The notes: generated by a model from the sequence alone, not told the origin. Shown: positions 7,788 to 17,596, counted from the stretch's first letter. The stretch is 25,112 nucleotides of DNA from an uncultured archaeon (GCA_964388035.1 CAYLZE010000069.1:1-25112), one strand, 5' to 3'. Numbers and translations: made by a program.

Positions 7788-8279
7788 TGTCTTTCACTTT
7801 GTTTATAGTTATTAACAAATAAAGCATTCTGTCTTTTAAAGCATGACTTATAAAATTAAAAAGTGATATTTACAAAGTTAATATTTTCAAAACCCCTTTA
7901 TCATCTTCATATTGGCTTTCTACCATGGGCGTCAAATTCGGGATTAGATTGCAGATTATTGGTCAAAAACCTAAGAATGATAAAGATAGTTGCGCTTGAA
8001 TGGAAACCTTGTTATAAGTACTTATAATTGTTATCCTTCCGAACTCCATTGTTCTATATTAAACGAGAGAAAGAAAAATAAAATTAGCTAACATGAGTAT
8101 ACTAAGATTTACCGATTCTGATTAAATTTTTAAAGTGATCTTAGTTCTAAAAGCTCAATCCTTAAATTTAATTATTTTTTTTCAAGTTCCAGGTGTAATT
8201 CACTTAGCTTGTTAAGTAGATAAATTTAATTAAGGTATATTCAATAAGACCTTATATAAATAATAATAAATGGTTAAAC

Positions 8280-8783
8280 GTGAAAGAAAATATAGAATTA
8301 AGTTTAGAGGAATTATTGGAATTGACGAGATATGCTTTTCTCAGGTTGGATGGCGCCTGGTTCATGGCTTCGGTTGAAAAACTCGGTTTGGAAACCGCGA
8401 CAGAATTAGATGTAAAAGCATGGGAGATGTTTTCTGAAAGGTTGGGAAAGAAAATTGCTTCCCTTACAGATTTGAAAGGTGATTTCTCTCAAACCTTGCC
8501 AAAACTAATGAAGATCCATCACGTATTAATGAAAATGAATTCAGAAATAGAGGTTATTAGTGAAAGCAAAATGGTTCACAGAGTTTTAGAATGTGAAGTT
8601 TGGAAAATGGTTCAGAAAGTATGGCCTAAGGATGCAATTCCTTGTCATAAAGTGACACTAGCGAGTATTAGGGGTTTACTAAAGGGAGCTTTTCCAGAAA
8701 CTGAGTTTATATTAGAACATACGAAGAAAATTCCTCTGGGAGATCCCTGCTGTGAGATTGAAATTACCGTTAAAAACTCATGA
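8280..8783 (+). CDS. DUF6125 / V4R-like small ligand-binding protein
   Basis: LDGAWFMASVEKLGLETATELDVKAW N-terminal motif and Cys pattern C...PC...GDPCCEIEI. GTG start with TTATATAAA at 8252-8260. Confidence 0.7.
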   Translation: MKENIELSLEELLELTRYAFLRLDGAWFMASVEKLGLETATELDVKAWEMFSERLGKKIASLTDLKGDFSQTLPKLMKIHHVLMKMNSEIEVISESKMVHRVLECEVWKMVQKVWPKDAIPCHKVTLASIRGLLKGAFPETEFILEHTKKIPLGDPCCEIEITVKNS

Positions 8784-9100
8784 CCCCCTTTCATTTTTCA
8801 AGATTCTTCTATTCTAGTTTCTAATTGTTCTTCTAACCTTTTTTTCAATTTTCAGGTCATCCATGTAGTTTTTTTCCCTACTTCTCAATTCTTATAAGAA
8901 TCCGGGCTGGGTTATGCAAATAATCAATCTTTTTTGGGTGTTTATGAATTCTTTTATAATTATATTTCTTAGTTTATCACTTAATATTTAAGAATTAAAT
9001 AAAATCTAATAATATTGTTATCATAAACCTAATGGATAATAAAATAATTAAAAACGCTTAAGAAATATAATTAATCTGATGAGCAGATTGAGAATTAAAA

Positions 9101-10585
9101 ATGCACCATGAAGAGGATATGGTAGAAGAGACGTCTAAACGGAGGGCTTTAGGAGTACATTTAACCTCGCAAGAGACATTTAAATCGTATATTCTTCCCG
9201 AAATTAAGAATATCCTTCATGATCACGCTTGGATTGATTTATATTGCGGAGAGGGTAATTTAATTTTCCCGATCCTGGAAAAAATTCCCGACGGGGATAA
9301 AGTGGATTTTTTTCGAGATCATCTTTTTCTTTCCGATATTCAATCAAGCATGGTTGAAAAGTGCCGGCAGAAAGCCGATTCCTACGGTATTCCCCAGGAT
9401 CTTGCGAAAAAGAACATATTTAAGAGAGATAATTTAGAAGAGTTTCCAAAACGCCTAAAAAGTGCACGATTTCCTCTTTTTCACGTGACGAATCCGCCTT
9501 ATCTCTATTTAGGATACATAAGAAAGCATGAAAAGACAAAGCGGCATTTTAAATATTTTGAAAATGAAAATGAGGGGTATCAAGACCTCTATCAAGTTGC
9601 AATGATGAATGATTTGCGGAACGATCTTAATAACTTGATTTATATCATTCCTTCGAATTTTTTATTTGGCTTTTCAGTTTCGAATAAATTTCGCGCGGAT
9701 TTCCTTCGACGATATGAAATTACAAAAATGCTGGTTTTTGAAACCCAAATTTTTGAATTTACGGGAACGAATATCTGCATCGGATTTTTTAAGAGGAAGA
9801 ACCATTCCAGCTCGGAGCCACAAAAATTTATTGGACTCAAGTTCAAGAAGAATGACAGAATATTGAAGAGGGAATATGATTTATTGCCGGAGTTTAATTA
9901 TCGCGCGGGGGCAGAGTTCGATGAATTTGGTAAAGAAGTTAGGGCAATCCATCCCTTAAGTGTTAAATATTATTTATTGAACGAGGAAGTTAGAAAAAAT
10001 CAAGGATCCCATGAAATAAAAGTAATCGATACCAATAAGTACGTTTCAAATGAGTATGCCAAGGAGACTCTAGGTGTGAATGAAGAGTTAGGGAAAAAGG
10101 TACAATCTAATATTCTTTACGTGAGGACTGTTGACACGGGTTCTCGAGATGGGCGGGCGGGATTATACGTGATCAAGGAGGATTTTGGCGTGGATGGAAT
10201 TTACGTGTCAAAAGCCACGTATCGAACGTCCCCCATTCAGCTTTTTCTTACCCCATCGCTTTCGCGCGAAGATCAACTCCTATTAAAAGATTATTTTAAT
10301 GTTCTGTTAGAATCTTTTAGGGCAAAGTTGGATAGTGAATTTTTAACCACGTATAAATATTCGGATGCGGATTATACAAGAAAGTATTTGGGATTAACTC
10401 AAGTTAGGAAGCTGATTGAAACCTTTCCTATAAGAGATCTGGATGAGGAAAGTAAGGACGAGCTAAAAAGTGCTATAAATTCTAATCAATCAGATGAAAT
10501 ATTGGAGGTTCTTGCTAGATTGAAAAAAAGAGTGAGAAATAGAGATCTGAATTGCATGGATGGTTGGCTTAATGAAAATTCTTGA
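9101..10585 (+). CDS. N6-adenine DNA methyltransferase, gamma class, with C-terminal target-recognition region
   Basis: LGVHLTS (motif X), WIDLYCGEGNL (motif I), VTNPPY (motif IV), DLY, YIIPSNFL, FEFTGTNICI. No nuclease domain recognised. True start may be ATG at 9119. Confidence 0.85.
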   Translation: MHHEEDMVEETSKRRALGVHLTSQETFKSYILPEIKNILHDHAWIDLYCGEGNLIFPILEKIPDGDKVDFFRDHLFLSDIQSSMVEKCRQKADSYGIPQDLAKKNIFKRDNLEEFPKRLKSARFPLFHVTNPPYLYLGYIRKHEKTKRHFKYFENENEGYQDLYQVAMMNDLRNDLNNLIYIIPSNFLFGFSVSNKFRADFLRRYEITKMLVFETQIFEFTGTNICIGFFKRKNHSSSEPQKFIGLKFKKNDRILKREYDLLPEFNYRAGAEFDEFGKEVRAIHPLSVKYYLLNEEVRKNQGSHEIKVIDTNKYVSNEYAKETLGVNEELGKKVQSNILYVRTVDTGSRDGRAGLYVIKEDFGVDGIYVSKATYRTSPIQLFLTPSLSREDQLLLKDYFNVLLESFRAKLDSEFLTTYKYSDADYTRKYLGLTQVRKLIETFPIRDLDEESKDELKSAINSNQSDEILEVLARLKKRVRNRDLNCMDGWLNENS

Positions 10586-11121
10586 GTAATTATTCATCAC
10601 ATATCTTTCTCTTCTAAGTTTCTTTTTGCCCTTAACTAAAGGTTTGATTTAAGGGGGAAAATTTTATAAAATTCCATGACATTCCACGAGATCTAATCGA
10701 TTTGGAACTAAAAAGTAATTTTCTCAAAGAATTCATGCCAAGAACATTTAAATTTATAATCATTGAAGGGGAAAAGTGAAGTTTTTATAGGCAGTTGATT
10801 TTTAACACCGATTTATCTTGTATATCTTAACAAGAGAAAAGGTAGACTTTTCATATTTTAGCGGGAGTACAAGGAGTTTAATGGGATAATAGGCATCGAT
10901 GGGTTAAATTCTCATCGTGGTACATCGTTATTATACCTTTTAGTGAAACGGGGTTGAACTTTCAATTTTTACAGGTTCTGAGTACTAGATCTTGTAGCAA
11001 GTATTATACGATGTCGATTCAACCCAAAAAATGAACGAATTATTCAGAACTCCTTTTAAAATAACTTCAAAAACCTTAATATGCGCTAAACGTGCGAATC
11101 AAGAAGAAATAATGGATATTT

Positions 11122-11131
11122 AAGGAGGTGA
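11122..11131 (+). promoter_or_regulatory. Strong Shine-Dalgarno site for histidine kinase 1
   Basis: AAGGAGGTGA ends 6 nt before the GTG at 11138. Confidence 0.75.
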
Positions 11132-11137
11132 AAAAAA

Positions 11138-12766
11138 GTGGAACATCAAGAATTAGAAGAAAAGCTAAGTGAGAGGATTCGAAAAGATAATTTAAAATTG
11201 CTTGACGAAGAACTAAAGAAGGAAAAAGAACGCAAGGAGCAGATTAAATTGGAAGGAATCCTTCAGGGAATTATAGTTATTAAATTGGATGATACCGTAA
11301 GCTATGTCAACCGGGAAATTGAGAGCATCACGGGCATTCCTGCCGATCAAATTATTGGATCTGACTTTCGGAAAGAATTTCTTGAGGGTTTATTGTATAA
11401 TATTAAACCCTACTATCTTGAAGCAAAAAGAAATTTAAAGCCCGTATTTTATAAAGTAACGTCTCCCATGGAACCCTCAAGTCGGTTTTCCTATCAGGTG
11501 GGGTGGAGTGTTCCTTTAATGTATGGCAAGAAATTTGTCGGAATGATCGTCACGATTAATGATCTTTCTGCACTCATCCAAAAAATGGGCACTTTAGAAT
11601 TCTCAAAAGAAAAATTAGAAGAAGAAATAACGGAAAAGGTCAAAGAATTAAGAGATTTCGAGGAAAAATATTACTTTTTCATGGATAATCTTCCCGTTAT
11701 CGCCTTTCGAGGCACCTTAGATTACATCCCGATCTTTTTTCATGGTGCAGTCCAAGAAATTACGGGATATAAAGAGTCGGATTTTCTTATAGGTCGTCCC
11801 AGATGGGATAAGTTGATTTATCCCGAGGATTTCGAAAAAATTGTGAAACCACAATCGGAGTCCATCCGAACCATTCCTAATTTTTCCGAGGAGCGAGAAT
11901 ACAGGATCATTCAGAAGAATGGAGAGCTAAAATGGGTGCATGAATTTATTAGTAATATTAGTGATAAGGCCGGTAAACCGTATCTTGTCCAGGGCGTGAT
12001 GTATGATATTAGTTACCATAAAAAAGCCGAGCAAAAAATTAAAACAGCGGAAGAAGAATGTATTGTGGCCTATAACCACGTGAATTTTTATCAAGACTTA
12101 TTTTCCCATAACTTATATAACATACTTTCGGCTATTCAGTCAACGGGAGAATATTTATCGACATTCAAGGATGATCCCGAAAAATTGAAAGAAGTGGGAA
12201 CCGTTGGCAAGCTGATAAAAGACCATGTCAAGAAAGGATTAGATATAATCGCTATTGTCGAGAAATTAGCTGCAGTGGAGAATTCTATTCCAAAATTGCG
12301 TCCCATATTTGTCAAAGAGGTATTAGATAAAGCAATTGACAAGATAGTCGATCAGTTTAAGGACCGGAACGTGCGCGTGAACGTGGAGGGATTATCAAGG
12401 GATATTAGGATCCAAGGAGATGAGTTTTTAACGGAAATTTTTGAAAATCTTCTTAGTAATGCGGTGATATATAATGATGACAAGGAGGAGATCCAAATTA
12501 GAATAATCCTCTCTAATGCTAAAGAAAACGACACGGATTATCTCAAATTTGAGATGATCGATAATGGAGTAGGTATCTCAGATAGGAAAAAGAAGATTTT
12601 ACTGGAAAAGACTCCGATAGACTTAACTCAGAGCGGGTTAGGGCTTGGTCTTTCCTTAATCAAGCGGATCGTGGATAGATATCGAGGAAAGATTTGGATT
12701 GAAAATCGTGTCGAAGAGGATTATAAGAAGGGAAGCAACATTGTTGTCTTATTTCCAAGAATCTGA
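11138..12766 (+). CDS. Cytoplasmic sensor histidine kinase, PAS-PAS-DHp-HATPase (atypical H-box)
   Basis: Two PAS/PAC domains (YVNREIESITG; ITGY...IYPED...KWVHE...YDIS); H-box LFSHNLYN; N-box ENLLSNA; G1 DNGVGI; G2 GLGLGLS. Confidence 0.92.
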   Translation: MEHQELEEKLSERIRKDNLKLLDEELKKEKERKEQIKLEGILQGIIVIKLDDTVSYVNREIESITGIPADQIIGSDFRKEFLEGLLYNIKPYYLEAKRNLKPVFYKVTSPMEPSSRFSYQVGWSVPLMYGKKFVGMIVTINDLSALIQKMGTLEFSKEKLEEEITEKVKELRDFEEKYYFFMDNLPVIAFRGTLDYIPIFFHGAVQEITGYKESDFLIGRPRWDKLIYPEDFEKIVKPQSESIRTIPNFSEEREYRIIQKNGELKWVHEFISNISDKAGKPYLVQGVMYDISYHKKAEQKIKTAEEECIVAYNHVNFYQDLFSHNLYNILSAIQSTGEYLSTFKDDPEKLKEVGTVGKLIKDHVKKGLDIIAIVEKLAAVENSIPKLRPIFVKEVLDKAIDKIVDQFKDRNVRVNVEGLSRDIRIQGDEFLTEIFENLLSNAVIYNDDKEEIQIRIILSNAKENDTDYLKFEMIDNGVGISDRKKKILLEKTPIDLTQSGLGLGLSLIKRIVDRYRGKIWIENRVEEDYKKGSNIVVLFPRI

Positions 12767-12774
12767 ATGAGAAG

Positions 12775-12845
12775 AAAACGGGAAGCGATTTAAGTGAGAA
12801 TCATCAAAAGCGTCCCGTTTTTGGATCAAAAAACTATTTTTTTTT
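12775..12845 (+). terminator. Stem-loop plus T-tract downstream of kinase 1
   Basis: AAAACGGGA (12775-12783) pairs with TCCCGTTTT (12813-12821); inner GATT/AATC stem; T9 at 12837-12845. Confidence 0.5.
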
Positions 12846-13142
12846 AAATTCACACTAAAGTATAATTTTATAAACCTAAACTTTTATAATCACTAATGAT
12901 AATGATAGACTGATTCACGTTGCATGCGATTTTTCAAGCGATAAAATTGAATCACAAGTGACAATAGAAGTATTTCTCATCGCACATCATCCTCCGGGAA
13001 TGCGCTGAAAAGATCTTATTGAATATTTAAATTTTTTTACTACAAATTTGACTATTGAAAGCATTGCAAACCTTTCAAAAAAGTAAGTGAGGGTAAAAAA
13101 AAAGCATGACAATGAGATAAAACTTGTATACCTATTAATGGG

Positions 13143-14687
13143 ATGAACATCATGAAGAGATTAGAAGAGATTATATTAGATACGATTATGAATGGGGTAT
13201 GGGTAGCGAATGCTGAGGATACTATCTTTTATGTCAATAAAGGTTTGGAAAAAATTTCGGGACTTAGAGAGAAACAATTAGTTGGATCTCGCATATTGCT
13301 TGATTTTCCGGAAGAGACGATGAAATATTTCTTACCCTATTATTTAAAAGCAAAAAAGATTTTACAACCAGTAAAATACGAGGAGATTCCTGTCGTGACT
13401 CCCGCGGGAAGGCGTTCCTATCAGTCGGGATGGCTTCTTCCCTTGGTAAAGGAGGATAGAACCTTTGATGGGATGATTTGCACGGTGGAAGATGTGACAG
13501 AGCGCGTGGTTGCATTGCAAAAGTTGAAAATCTTGAATGAAGAATTAGAACAGCGCGTGGAAGAAAGAACAAGAAAATTGAGTGAATCGGAGAGTAAATA
13601 TCGCGAACTTTTTAATAACATGAGAAGTGGGGTGGCCGTATATGAAGCTAAAGAGGAGGGAAATGATTTTATCTTCACAGATTTTAATATAGCAGCAGGA
13701 AAGACGGAACGAATAAAAAGGGAAGAAATAATAGGGAAAAATGTCCTTGAAGTGTTCCCTGGGGTCCGTGAATTTGGTCTTTTTGACGTGTTCCAAAGAG
13801 TGTGGAAAACGGGGAATCCGGAACATCATCCCATCTCTAAATATGAAGATAAACGAATAGTGGGGTGGAGAGATAATTATGTTTACAAATTGCCCACGGG
13901 AGAAATCGTTGCCGTGTATGATGATGTTACCACGGAAAAAGTGGCCGAGCAAAAATTGAAGGTGTCCAAAGAAAAATATCGGAATGCATTTAATTTAGTT
14001 AAATTTTATCAAGATTTGTTTGCTCATGATATGACGAATATCCTTCAAGCTCTGCTCTCCATTGCAGACTTTTACGCCATGGTGAAGGATAGCCCCAAAA
14101 ATCTCGAAGAAATGGGAAATGTCGATGAATTAATCCGGGAGCAAGCGAAAAGAGGGGTGGAGCTGATCTCAATGGTATGGAAATTATCCCGACTGGATGA
14201 ATCTGGGCTTGAATTGCGTCCCATGAGGGTGGTTCAGGATTTACAAGATGCAATGGATAACATTATTGACGTTTTTAAAGAAAGAGAGATAAAATTTAAT
14301 GTAATAGGATTAGATCGGGAGATGATGGTTTTAGGGAGCGAGTTATTGTTTGATACTTTCGATAACTTGCTTAGTAATGCCATTAAATTTAGTCCTAATG
14401 AGCAGGAAGCTAAAGTGGACATTATCCTCTCAAGAATACTTCAGGATCAAGTTCCTTACTTAAAAATTGAATTTCAAGATCATGGAATAGGAATTCCTGA
14501 AGATAAAAAAGAATATTTATTTGAAAGGTCCGTTGCTAACGATGCCAGTAAAAAGGGCATTGGCTTAGGGCTCTTATTGGTAAAGAAAATCGTGGATAAT
14601 TTCGGGGGCAAAATTTGGGTAGAAAATCGAGTGGAGGGCGATTATACCCGGGGAAGCAATTTCATCGTGATGCTTCGTGAAGTATAA
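13143..14687 (+). CDS. Cytoplasmic sensor histidine kinase, PAS-PAS-DHp-HATPase
   Basis: PAS domains joined by an LNEELEQRVEERT signalling helix; H-box LFAHDMTN; DNLLSNAIKF; DHGIGI; GIGLGL. Confidence 0.94.
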   Translation: MNIMKRLEEIILDTIMNGVWVANAEDTIFYVNKGLEKISGLREKQLVGSRILLDFPEETMKYFLPYYLKAKKILQPVKYEEIPVVTPAGRRSYQSGWLLPLVKEDRTFDGMICTVEDVTERVVALQKLKILNEELEQRVEERTRKLSESESKYRELFNNMRSGVAVYEAKEEGNDFIFTDFNIAAGKTERIKREEIIGKNVLEVFPGVREFGLFDVFQRVWKTGNPEHHPISKYEDKRIVGWRDNYVYKLPTGEIVAVYDDVTTEKVAEQKLKVSKEKYRNAFNLVKFYQDLFAHDMTNILQALLSIADFYAMVKDSPKNLEEMGNVDELIREQAKRGVELISMVWKLSRLDESGLELRPMRVVQDLQDAMDNIIDVFKEREIKFNVIGLDREMMVLGSELLFDTFDNLLSNAIKFSPNEQEAKVDIILSRILQDQVPYLKIEFQDHGIGIPEDKKEYLFERSVANDASKKGIGLGLLLVKKIVDNFGGKIWVENRVEGDYTRGSNFIVMLREV

Positions 14688-14914
14688 ATTCTTGTCTCTC
14701 TTCATATAATGAGAAGTTTAAATGATAAACATGAAGATTGATCCCATTGATTACTTGAAATTAATGTTTCAAAATATCATGATGGGATTAATGTAAAGAA
14801 GTGAAATATCTATAGAGTTTAAACTTCATGAGATATCGGAATTTAAAGAGTAAAAAATTTCAATGTATTTTTTATTATTGGTGATTAACATTTTTAATAA
14901 GTTTCGGGGTTAAG

Positions 14915-15271
14915 ATGACTGCTATCTTTATTGCTGATGATGATCCTTCCATCGTGGATGTTACACGGATCCTTCTGGAAGGAATGGGATATAGCGTCGT
15001 AGGAACGGCATTTAATGGAAAAGCAGCAATCGATGCGATTAAAAAACTAGCAAAAAAACCAGATATAGTTATTATGGATTATCGGATGCCCATCCTGGAT
15101 GGATTTGAAGCATCACTGGAATTAAAGAGGGAAACCAGTATTAGCTATATCATCTTGGCAACGGCTGATGAGGACGTTAAATCCAAAGCCTCGGAACTAG
15201 AAGGATTTAAAGTCATAAACAAGCCTTATGATTTCGAAAAATTGATAGATGTATTAAAATCTTGTGAATAG
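14915..15271 (+). CDS. Single-domain response regulator (CheY-like receiver)
   Basis: IFIADDD, phospho-acceptor DIVIMDYRMP, LATAD, INKPY. No output domain. Confidence 0.95.
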   Translation: MTAIFIADDDPSIVDVTRILLEGMGYSVVGTAFNGKAAIDAIKKLAKKPDIVIMDYRMPILDGFEASLELKRETSISYIILATADEDVKSKASELEGFKVINKPYDFEKLIDVLKSCE

Positions 15272-15349
15272 TTTATATGAAGATGATGACAAACGTATAA
15301 TAGCCATTTAACGAAAAATGACTCGGACAAGAAAATCCCTAATGACGAA

Positions 15350-17596
15350 TTGAAAATCCCCTTTGAACTAGTTAAATACCTTGCAGAACAGTCCCTTGTG
15401 GGTATTATATTGCTTCAAGAGGATAAGATAATCCATGCAAATCGGCGGATAGCAGAAATCATGGAAACAACACCACAAGAAATCATGTCTTGGTCTGCAC
15501 CTCAGATATTTGATTATGTTCATCCTGATGTAAGCGACAAAGTGATGAAAAATTATGTATTGAGAATTTCTTCTTCGGAAAGGGTCGAAGAAAATCACCC
15601 CCTCGCCCAGTTGTTAGAGCGACGATTAATCACGACTAAGGGAAAAACAAAATGGGTTCTTTCCAGTATCAAAACATGTGAGATAAATGGAAAAATAACA
15701 CTTCAAATTCTTTTTTTTGATATTTCCGAACAAAAACAAGTTGAGTTAGGATTAAGAGCACATATTAAGGAAAGAGATTGTTTGTATGCTATTTCACAGT
15801 TTGGAGCAAACGCCCCTCCCTCTATTGATGCCTTTCTCCAAGGCATGTTAACTTTAATCGCCCCTGGATTTCAATTTCCTTCTCTAATCGCAGTGAAAAT
15901 ATTGTTTGATGATATATTCGTTCAATCAGAAAATTATATCGAGACTCCTTGGAAATTAATTGAAAATGATATAATAAATGGTAAGATTTTAGAAATTACA
16001 GTAATTTATTTGCAGAAAAAATCATTCATTCAAGAAGAAAAAGAAATGTTAAGAGTGATCCTACGTCGGGTAAAATCCATGATTCATCATATTGAAACGG
16101 AAAAAAATTTAACCAATTCCGAGAATCGGTATCGAGACCTTTATGAAAATGCCCCCATTGCTTACTTTTCAATAGGAAAAGATAGAAAGATTAGAAATTG
16201 TAATAATGCTGCCACTCTCCTTTTGGGCTTTAGTCGTGAAGATCTCTTTAATATGGAAGTTTTTGAACTCTATGCGGATACAGTGGATGGTATACAAAAA
16301 GCTCGGGAATTATTCGCTCGTTTCCAAATGGGAGAAGAGTTTGAAAATCAAGAGCTTCAAATGAAGAAGAAGAATGGAGAAATTATATGGGTGAGCTTAT
16401 CGGTTAAACCAATAAAGAATAAAGAAGAAAAGGTAATTGAATCTAGAAGCATTGTTCTTAATATAGATAAAGATAAGAAAGTACAACAAAGATTGAAAGA
16501 ATCTGAGGAAAGGTTTCGTAATATTATTGAAAATGCCCCCTTCGGTTATTATCGCATGGGAAAGGACAGCACGTGGCAATATGTCAATCCCGTATGGGAA
16601 AAAATGATTGGTTATTCCTTAGAGGAAGTAGTAGGCAAAAGTTTGGAAATCACGCAGCCGGAAAATGCTCAAGAAGCAGCCAGGAACATCATTAAAAAGT
16701 GTTTGGCTGGTGAGTCCGTGTCGGGTGAACTCGCCCGAACTCGAAAAGATGGAACTATAGAATACCACATGTTTAATGTTCAACCTGTTTATCATAAAAA
16801 TGAGGTCCTTGCCATTGAAGGATTCATAAATGATATCACCGAGCGAAAAAAAGCAGAGTTACTTGTGAAAAAATCCGAAGACATGTACAAACAAGCATAT
16901 ACTCTGGCTAACCTTTACAAGGATTTGTTTGCTCATGATATGAGTAATATTCTACATGCGATTCTTTCAATTGCTGATTATTATATTATTTTTCGCAATC
17001 AGCCAGAGAAATTAGATAAAATAGGAGATATTGCAGAGTTAGTAAAAAAGCAAGTCTTGATAGGATCTCAATTAATTTCCAATGTAAGAAAGTTAGCAAA
17101 AGTGGAAGAGACTAAATTGAAGTTAAAGCCCATGGAGTTTAAAAACATTTTGAGCGATTCAATTAATCATGTTTGCTTGAAGTTCCAAGATAGGAATGTA
17201 AATGTTACGGTGACTGGCTTGATGAATGGCATCAGGGTACTTGCTAACGATTTTTTGGTTGATATTTTTGAAAATCTGTTGGATAATGCTGTTAAATTCA
17301 ATTATGACGAGAAGGAGGTCAAGATTGAAATCAACATTTCAAGAAATAAGGAAGAAAAGATTCAATATATCGTGTTTGAATTTAAAGATCATGGAATAGG
17401 TATTCCTGATCATAAAAAGGAACAATTATTTACCCGAATTGACATTAATGATGTAACTCTTAAAGGTATGGGATTAGGGCTTTCCCTAATTAAAAAAATC
17501 GTGGATACTTTTAAAGGAAAAATTTGGATCGAAAATCGCGTGAAGGAAGATTACACGAAAGGTAGCAATTTCATTCTGATGTTGTGCGAAGCATGA
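15350..17596 (+). CDS. Cytoplasmic sensor histidine kinase, PAS-GAF-like-PAS-PAS-DHp-HATPase
   Basis: Three PAS/PAC domains and a GAF-like segment (ERDCLYAIS...PGFQFP...ETPW...EEKEML); H-box LFAHDMSN; ENLLDNAVKF; DHGIGI; GMGLGL. The TTG start is uncertain. Confidence 0.92.
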   Translation: MKIPFELVKYLAEQSLVGIILLQEDKIIHANRRIAEIMETTPQEIMSWSAPQIFDYVHPDVSDKVMKNYVLRISSSERVEENHPLAQLLERRLITTKGKTKWVLSSIKTCEINGKITLQILFFDISEQKQVELGLRAHIKERDCLYAISQFGANAPPSIDAFLQGMLTLIAPGFQFPSLIAVKILFDDIFVQSENYIETPWKLIENDIINGKILEITVIYLQKKSFIQEEKEMLRVILRRVKSMIHHIETEKNLTNSENRYRDLYENAPIAYFSIGKDRKIRNCNNAATLLLGFSREDLFNMEVFELYADTVDGIQKARELFARFQMGEEFENQELQMKKKNGEIIWVSLSVKPIKNKEEKVIESRSIVLNIDKDKKVQQRLKESEERFRNIIENAPFGYYRMGKDSTWQYVNPVWEKMIGYSLEEVVGKSLEITQPENAQEAARNIIKKCLAGESVSGELARTRKDGTIEYHMFNVQPVYHKNEVLAIEGFINDITERKKAELLVKKSEDMYKQAYTLANLYKDLFAHDMSNILHAILSIADYYIIFRNQPEKLDKIGDIAELVKKQVLIGSQLISNVRKLAKVEETKLKLKPMEFKNILSDSINHVCLKFQDRNVNVTVTGLMNGIRVLANDFLVDIFENLLDNAVKFNYDEKEVKIEINISRNKEEKIQYIVFEFKDHGIGIPDHKKEQLFTRIDINDVTLKGMGLGLSLIKKIVDTFKGKIWIENRVKEDYTKGSNFILMLCEA

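Noticed and set aside
8798-8891. Purine-rich minus-strand stretch reading ELRSREKNYMDDLK / LKKRLEEQLETRIEES across a frameshift (possible pseudogene remnant)
   Set aside because: Too short and low in complexity; equally explained as the pyrimidine-rich terminator region of the DUF6125 gene.
10660-10673. 14-bp palindrome AATTTTATAAAATT
   Set aside because: Composed only of A/T in an AT-rich spacer; plausibly chance or a TATA element.
12900-13020. Possible riboswitch upstream of kinase 2 (TGATTCA/TGAATCA pair and a GC-richer patch)
   Set aside because: No match to conserved cores of riboswitch classes I know; stems are short and ambiguous.
15317-15361. Out-of-frame ATG at 15318 and short repeat AATGAC...GAAAATCCC suggesting a lost start for kinase 3
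   Set aside because: The TTG at 15350 yields an intact first PAS domain; a frameshift cannot be supported without reads or orthologues.
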